Assembly: GCA_031366795.1 (NCBI GenBank)
Contig: JANLOX010000320.1
Coordinates: forward strand, 1-12,734
Source of the DNA: Candidatus Eiseniibacteriota bacterium
GTDB taxonomy: Bacteria > Eisenbacteria > RBG-16-71-46
Length of the DNA: 12,734 nucleotides
Direction of reading: 5' to 3'
Positions 1-5,317 of the stretch are shown in pieces. How positions within the stretch are numbered: the stretch's first letter is position 1; every line of letters starts with the position of its first letter. The position numbers and the translations under genes were made by a program. The notes below the pieces were generated by a model. The model was not told the origin of the DNA and did no database searches. It was given only the letters and a program-made list of their open reading frames with translations.

Positions 1-2
1 CC

Positions 3-3000
3 AACCCGGGGACCGAGGTGTTGGCCATCGCGGGTATCGATGTCTCGAACCCGGAAGTCACCGTGACGCCGTCGGCATTCACGCTCGGGGTGTTCGAGTC
101 TCGCCTCGTGCGCGTGAGCTACCATCCGCTGGCGACGGGAAGCCCGGGTCACCTCACCGTGCGCAGCAACGATCCCGTGAATGCCGCCCAGACGGTTGCG
201 CTGTTGGGTGTCGGCGCGCCGCCGCCGCTTGCGAGCATGACGCCCGCGTCACTTGAGGCGACGCTGCCGGTTGGGAGCGTGGTGACGCGCGCGCTGCGCC
301 TGTCGAACACCGGGGACGGGCCGCTGTTCTTCCGTGCGCAACGGCTGCCGGTGGGAGCGACCTGGCTCGCGGTTCTTCCGGATACAGGCGAGGTGGCGCC
401 GCAGGCTACGCGCGACCTGGCCGTGAGGTTCAATGCGAGCACGCTGCTCGGCGGGATCTACGATGGCGCGGTGCGGCTCACCACAAATGATCCCGCGCGT
501 CCCGTGCTGCCGGACGTGGCGGTGCGCGCGACGGTTGTCGGGGTGCCCCAGCTCCAGCTATCGGCAGTCGCGATCAACTTTGGCGGCGTGTTCGTTACCC
601 ACACGGGCCTTGATTCCGTCAACATTGTGAACGAGGGCACGGGGCCGCTCACGGTCAGCCAATTGGCCGCCTCGCCCGCAATCTTCACCGTGAACCCGGC
701 TCCGTTTGTACTGGCGCCTGGAGAATCGCGGGCGCTCCGCGTGTCCTTCGCGCCGTCAACCGAGGGGCCGGTGACGGGTGCGTTGACGTTCAACAGTGAT
801 GACGCGACGCAGCTGGCCGTGAGTCTTCCGCTCAGCGGCACGGGCTTGCCGGGACCCGACCTCGCGTTGGATCCCAATTCGCTCAGTGCCACCCTGCCAT
901 TGCTGGCGAACCAGACGCAAGACATGACGTTGTCGAACCTCACCGCGCATTCGGTCATTTGGACTGCGACGGTTTCGCTCAGTCTTGATGCCGCGCCGCC
1001 GCCGACCGCGGTCGCGCCGGGATGGATCACGCTCGCTGCGCGCCACGATGGCGCGGACTTGCCGCGCATCGAAGGACCGGCACCGCACGCCGAGGCGCTC
1101 GGGGCGTTGGTGGCCGCGTCGAACCCAACGGTCATCGCTTACCAGAACAACGTCGAGAGCGGTGTGAACGGGATGCAGGCCACGGGGGATTTGATGTGGC
1201 ACATCACCAGCCGTGCCTCGGTGTCCCCGAGTCACTCGTGGTGGTGTGGGGATGAACGCTCGGTGAGCTACTCAACCGGTTCGCGGGTGCGCGCTTCCCT
1301 GGTGACTCCATTGATCGACCTGCGGGTGATGTCGCCGCCAGCGACATTGACGTTCTACGAGAACTACTCGACCGAGCCCGGCTGGGACGAGTGCCGTATC
1401 GATGTGACCTATGACCTGGGCGCGACGTGGACGAATCTGCGCGCGAATGCCTGGGGAACGACAAATGGCTGGGTACAGACGACGGTCGACCTGTCGGCGG
1501 CGGCCGGTAAAGTGTGCGCGCTGCGCTTCTTTTTCGATACGCACGACCCTATCGCCAACAACTATCCCGGCTGGTTCCTCGACAACCTCGTGGTCTCCAC
1601 GACGTTGCGCGACTGGCTCGATTTGCCCTTGCGAATCGGCTCGCTTGAAGCGGGAGCGGGCACGGTGCTGCACCCAGAGTTCCGGGCGGGCAATAATTCC
1701 GCTGGGCTCTACACCGGATCGGCAATCTTCCAGACCTCGGATGCGACACACGCCCCGCTCCAGCTGCCGCTGCGGATGCTGCTCACGGGAGTGCCGGTGA
1801 TGGGTCTGTCGAGCTTCGCGGTCACACTGCCCACGACGTTTATCGGCGCGACGTCCACGGACACGTCCCTCCATGTCGTCAACTCCGGGACGGACTGGCT
1901 CAACCTGACGAATATTCAGGTCTCCGCCGGTGCATTCTCGACGCCGCTGGTAACGCTGCAGGTTCCGCCGGGAGCGAGTCGCGTCATCCCGTTGATGTTC
2001 TCGCCCACGGCACTTGGGACTTCGACGGGCACGCTCAGCTTTGCGACCAGTGATCCCAACCATCCTGCGGTGTCCGTCGCGCTCTCGGGTTCGGTGCCGC
2101 TGCCGCCGGCGATCGCGATCGGATCGGACTCGATTTACGCAGAGACGCGCCCGGCCATCACCAGCACTCGCACGCTGGCCGTTTCTAACACTGGCACCGG
2201 TCCCCTGACCTGGTCCGCGAGCCTCCGGCCTGCCCCCGGTGTGACGAGTGTGCCCGCGTGGCTCACCATCGACGCCACGCAGGGAACGCTGGCACCGGGG
2301 AGCAGTTTCGTCGTGACGGTGCGTGTCGCCGCAAACCTCTTCATCGCGGGTCTCTACCGGGCGGTCATCCGCTTCACGAGCAACGACCCAACTCGCCCGG
2401 TCATCGACTTTCCGGTGACGGTGTTGCAATCCGCGGACGCCTTCGTGGTGGTCAACCAGTCTTCGCTCGAATTCGGCGGCGTCCACGTGGGGCAGTCGAA
2501 GAGTCTCGTATTCGAGCTCACCAGCGGCGGCACCACAACGGTGCTGGTCCAGGCGATGACGACCTCGCCTGGCCCCTTCGCGGTTCTTGGCGCGATCGGG
2601 CCGCTGGCGCCCGGCTCCAGTGTGCCGGTCATCGTCACTTATGCTCCGCTCGTAGTGGGTGATGCCGTGCGCACGCTGACGATCCTCACCAACGATCCCG
2701 TGCGTCCCGAATTAAAGATCCCGTTGCATGGCGTAGCGACGACGCCCGCGCAGATCACGGTCTCGCCGCTCGAATTCCTGGTGACCACGAACGTCGGACG
2801 CCAGGTCTCCCGGCAACTCGCCCTGGGTAATACCGGCGGCGATGCGCTGCACTACCAGATCCAAGTTGTGACGACGGACTTGTTCGCGCGGGCGCCCGAG
2901 ACTCCGCCGCTCGCAGCACGCGCGATGGGTGCCACGGTGGCAAAGGCTTCGGCGGGTCTGGGCCTCGCGGCCCGCGGCGGGCCGGACCGGTACGGCCACG

Positions 3001-5270
3001 CCTGGCTGGACAGCGATGAGCCCGATGGCCCTGTCTACCAGTGGATCGAGTTGGTGGGGAGTGGCACGCTCATGCAGGTCAGTGGCGACGATGTCATCTC
3101 GCCGCCGACGTCGATCGGCTTCACCTTTCCGTTCTATGACTCGCACTTCACCCAGTTCACGGCCTGCTCCAATGGCTGGATCAGCTTCAGCGCACTCTCG
3201 CCGGCATTCGATTCGCATGAGTTGCCCTCGACAGGCGCCCCGGAGAATCTCCTCTCGGTGTTCTGGGCAAATCTCGTGGCGCCCGCCGGAAGTATGTACT
3301 ACCGCCGCGAAAGCGGCCGCTTGGTCGTCGAGTGGACGGGGCTCACGCTGCACGGTGGCGGAGGCAGCTTCGCGTTCGAGGCCATCATCGAGCAGAGCGG
3401 CACCGTGACGTACCAATACAAAACACTGACCAACGCCAACTTCGTCGGGTTCGCCGGGATCCAGGATGCCTCGCGAACGGATGGCTTCACCATCGTCGGG
3501 ACCCCCGGCTACCCGAGGGCAGGCATGGCGATTCGGATCAACACACCCGCGCCGTGGGTGACGATGAACACGCTGGCCGGGACCATCCCAGCGGGGAGTC
3601 ACGTCGACTTGCCGCTGACATTCGATGCGACAGGGCGAGGGCAGTCTATTCACAACGGGCATCTCCAGATCGACTGTGACGATCCCAACCAGGCGCAGGT
3701 TACGGTTCCCTTGCACTTGATCATCCAGTCGGAACCCGATATCGCAGTGACCCCGCCGGTGTTTCCGGACGTGGTGCTGGGCGGAAGTGTCATGGCGCAA
3801 TTGCAGGTGCAGAACGAGGGCGACCGTCTGTTGACCGTCTCCGAGGCGGACCTCGAGGGCGATGGGTTCGAAGTGCTGCCGCCGGGCTTCCCGCTGCTCG
3901 TTGCACCCGGCACCAGCGCTCCCGTGAACCTGCGATTCAGTCCCTCGGATGCGTGCGACCCGTGCACGGGCTCGATTCGGCTCTACTCCGATGACCCGGA
4001 CGAGGACCAGGTGGTGATGGCCTTGAGCGCGCGTGCGCTCAATCCGCCTGCGATCGAGCTCGCCCCCACGAAGTTGTCCGCGCGCCTGGCTCCCGCGATC
4101 GGCGTGGAGGCTGAGCACACGGGACGCGCGCTCGCCGTCACGAACTCAGGCGGCGTGCCGCTGCACGTGACGGCGTCGAGTCCGGCCGCTTGGCTGCAGG
4201 TGACGCCTGCCACCGCCACGGTCGCGCCGGGAGCGACGGCGCAACTCGCGGTGACATTCGATGCGCATGGCCTGGCGGACGGTCTGTTGGCGGGCGTCGT
4301 GCGGCTTGCCAGCGACGATCCGGGGCGCCCCATCGCCAGCGTGCCCTGTTCGCTACAGGTCGGCGCACTCGCCGCGGCGCTGGACGCCCGGCTCGATCGG
4401 GTCGACCACGTGAACGCGGGGCGATGGGTGATGAGCGGCGTCACGCTTGCGGGCGGCCGCGACCCGCACCAGTTGCTGGGGCCCACCCTGCGGCTCATGG
4501 GACTTCCTGCCGAGCCGACGCGCGCTCCCGAGTACACGGGTCTGCAGGGGCGGTTCGCCTTCGACCGGCTCGCTCTGCTCGCGCTGTTGCAGGATGGCAC
4601 CGCGGTGCCGCTCACGTTGACGGGGCGGTTGGCGGATAGCACGTGGATCGACTGCACTGGCTTCGCGCGTATCGCTCGCCCGGCGATGGCGGCGTCCGTG
4701 GGCCCCCTGCATGCGGCGGGTGAATCGCTGCCGCTGACGTGGACGCCGCCCGCGTTGGGTGCGCCGACGGGCTACGATCTTTGGTACTCGAGTGACGATC
4801 TGGCGACCGCCCGACTGGTGAGCGCGGGGGATCCCGATGTGGAGTGGAACTGGACCGTGCCGCTGCCGCGCACCACGAATGCGCGATTGGAACTCGTGGC
4901 GCGTGACGAGGCGGGCGAGATGGGCTGGTGGATCTCGGATGCCTTCGAAGTGACAACCGCCACCACCGGCGTCGATGCGGCGCGCCCGCTCGCGTTTGGT
5001 TTGCGCGTGGCCGGCGACAATCCGGCGAGCCACGCGCCAGCGGTCGAACTTGCGACGCCGTCGCGCATGGCCGTGCGCGTCGATGTGTTTGATGTGCGCG
5101 GGCGACAGGTGCGCGCGCTCGCGCGGGGCGAGTTCGCGGCGGGGCGCGCGGTGTTGCGCTGGGATGGCCGCGATGACCTGGGCCGCAGCGTCGAAGCCGG
5201 AATCTACTTCGTGCGCGCGGTGGCGGGGGCATCGACGTCCGCCACCGCGCGCTGGGTGCTGCTCCACTAA
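3..5270 (+). CDS. Giant secreted/surface protein, 5'-partial: alternating ASH (choice-of-anchor D) and BACON-like Ig modules, inserted MAM-like and NIDO-like domains, C-terminal FlgD-Ig/T9SS-type-A-like domain
   Basis: The frame is open from position 3 (N-P-G-T-E-V-L-A-I...), which is already the 'NxGxxxLxI' strand of an ASH-type domain, and there is no signal peptide. The GTG at 18 is therefore probably internal and the gene starts upstream of the window. Ten modules each end in an (S/T/C)(N/D/S)D(P/A)-type motif. The C-terminus 'VDVFDVRGRQVRAL...WDGRDDLGRSVEAGIYFVR' is a typical FlgD-Ig/CTD signature. Stop TAA at 5268-5270. Confidence 0.93.
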   Translation, partial: NPGTEVLAIAGIDVSNPEVTVTPSAFTLGVFESRLVRVSYHPLATGSPGHLTVRSNDPVNAAQTVALLGVGAPPPLASMTPASLEATLPVGSVVTRALRLSNTGDGPLFFRAQRLPVGATWLAVLPDTGEVAPQATRDLAVRFNASTLLGGIYDGAVRLTTNDPARPVLPDVAVRATVVGVPQLQLSAVAINFGGVFVTHTGLDSVNIVNEGTGPLTVSQLAASPAIFTVNPAPFVLAPGESRALRVSFAPSTEGPVTGALTFNSDDATQLAVSLPLSGTGLPGPDLALDPNSLSATLPLLANQTQDMTLSNLTAHSVIWTATVSLSLDAAPPPTAVAPGWITLAARHDGADLPRIEGPAPHAEALGALVAASNPTVIAYQNNVESGVNGMQATGDLMWHITSRASVSPSHSWWCGDERSVSYSTGSRVRASLVTPLIDLRVMSPPATLTFYENYSTEPGWDECRIDVTYDLGATWTNLRANAWGTTNGWVQTTVDLSAAAGKVCALRFFFDTHDPIANNYPGWFLDNLVVSTTLRDWLDLPLRIGSLEAGAGTVLHPEFRAGNNSAGLYTGSAIFQTSDATHAPLQLPLRMLLTGVPVMGLSSFAVTLPTTFIGATSTDTSLHVVNSGTDWLNLTNIQVSAGAFSTPLVTLQVPPGASRVIPLMFSPTALGTSTGTLSFATSDPNHPAVSVALSGSVPLPPAIAIGSDSIYAETRPAITSTRTLAVSNTGTGPLTWSASLRPAPGVTSVPAWLTIDATQGTLAPGSSFVVTVRVAANLFIAGLYRAVIRFTSNDPTRPVIDFPVTVLQSADAFVVVNQSSLEFGGVHVGQSKSLVFELTSGGTTTVLVQAMTTSPGPFAVLGAIGPLAPGSSVPVIVTYAPLVVGDAVRTLTILTNDPVRPELKIPLHGVATTPAQITVSPLEFLVTTNVGRQVSRQLALGNTGGDALHYQIQVVTTDLFARAPETPPLAARAMGATVAKASAGLGLAARGGPDRYGHAWLDSDEPDGPVYQWIELVGSGTLMQVSGDDVISPPTSIGFTFPFYDSHFTQFTACSNGWISFSALSPAFDSHELPSTGAPENLLSVFWANLVAPAGSMYYRRESGRLVVEWTGLTLHGGGGSFAFEAIIEQSGTVTYQYKTLTNANFVGFAGIQDASRTDGFTIVGTPGYPRAGMAIRINTPAPWVTMNTLAGTIPAGSHVDLPLTFDATGRGQSIHNGHLQIDCDDPNQAQVTVPLHLIIQSEPDIAVTPPVFPDVVLGGSVMAQLQVQNEGDRLLTVSEADLEGDGFEVLPPGFPLLVAPGTSAPVNLRFSPSDACDPCTGSIRLYSDDPDEDQVVMALSARALNPPAIELAPTKLSARLAPAIGVEAEHTGRALAVTNSGGVPLHVTASSPAAWLQVTPATATVAPGATAQLAVTFDAHGLADGLLAGVVRLASDDPGRPIASVPCSLQVGALAAALDARLDRVDHVNAGRWVMSGVTLAGGRDPHQLLGPTLRLMGLPAEPTRAPEYTGLQGRFAFDRLALLALLQDGTAVPLTLTGRLADSTWIDCTGFARIARPAMAASVGPLHAAGESLPLTWTPPALGAPTGYDLWYSSDDLATARLVSAGDPDVEWNWTVPLPRTTNARLELVARDEAGEMGWWISDAFEVTTATTGVDAARPLAFGLRVAGDNPASHAPAVELATPSRMAVRVDVFDVRGRQVRALARGEFAAGRAVLRWDGRDDLGRSVEAGIYFVRAVAGASTSATARWVLLH
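1131..1601 (+). other. MAM-like/cleaved-adhesin-like (immune inhibitor A C-terminal type) jelly-roll domain inside the giant protein
   Basis: Motifs 'SPSHSWWCG', 'ASLVTPLIDL', 'ATLTFYENYSTEPGWD', 'TYDLGATW', 'GWVQTTVDLS..AGK...LRFFF' and 'PGWFLDNLVV' match the pattern I recognise for this beta-sandwich family. No HMM was run. Confidence 0.75.
2976..3542 (+). other. NIDO (nidogen)-like domain inside the giant protein
   Basis: Motifs 'GGPDRYGHAWLDSD', 'GDD', 'IGFTFPFY', 'SNGWISF', 'VFWANL', 'LVVEW', 'FEAII...G.VTYQY' and 'GIQD' match bacterial nidogen-like domains. No HMM was run. Confidence 0.75.
4962..5267 (+). other. C-terminal FlgD-Ig / T9SS type-A-like sorting domain
   Basis: 'TGV' linker, then 'NP', 'V.VFDVRGR.VR.L', 'W DGRD..G..V..G(I/V)YFVR' and a terminal beta strand 'RWVLLH'. 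Confidence 0.85.
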
Positions 5271-5286
5271 CCGGGGCGAGTGTTGC

Positions 5287-5312
5287 GGTCGCGGCGCCTG
5301 CGAGCCGCGACC
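5287..5312. terminator. GC-rich hairpin between convergent genes (possible bidirectional terminator/3' stabiliser, no U-tract)
   Basis: Perfect 9-bp inverted repeat GGTCGCGGC (5287-5295) / GCCGCGACC (5304-5312) with an 8-nt loop, in the 47-nt gap between the two convergent stop codons. Neither side has a poly-T run. Confidence 0.55.
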
Positions 5313-5317
5313 TAAGC

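Larger units (their letters stand above)
165..4322 (+). repeat. Ten diverged ~103-111 aa Ig-like protein repeats (ASH-type and BACON-type alternating)
   Basis: Terminal motifs start at 165 (SNDP), 483 (TNDP), 792 (NSDD), 1734 (TSDA), 2046 (TSDP), 2379 (SNDP), 2688 (TNDP), 3675 (CDDP), 3987 (SDDP) and 4311 (SDDP). Spacing is 309-333 nt except for two gaps of 942 and 987 nt that hold inserted domains. Odd units show 'FGxVxV...NxG..L.V...(F/Y)xP...G.L'. Even units show 'L...L....R.L.(L/V)SNTG..PL...WL...G.(V/L)APG...V.FDA'. The repeat is visible only at protein level. Confidence 0.85.

Noticed and set aside
18..20. GTG at 18 as the true start of the giant protein
   Set aside because: The frame is open to the window edge, the sequence begins mid-domain, and there is no signal peptide although the C-terminus implies export.
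3954..3965. CxxC (CDPC) in module 9 as a redox or heme-binding site
   Set aside because: No following His (not CxxCH) and no thioredoxin context. It sits in a loop of an Ig-like module and is most simply a structural disulfide.
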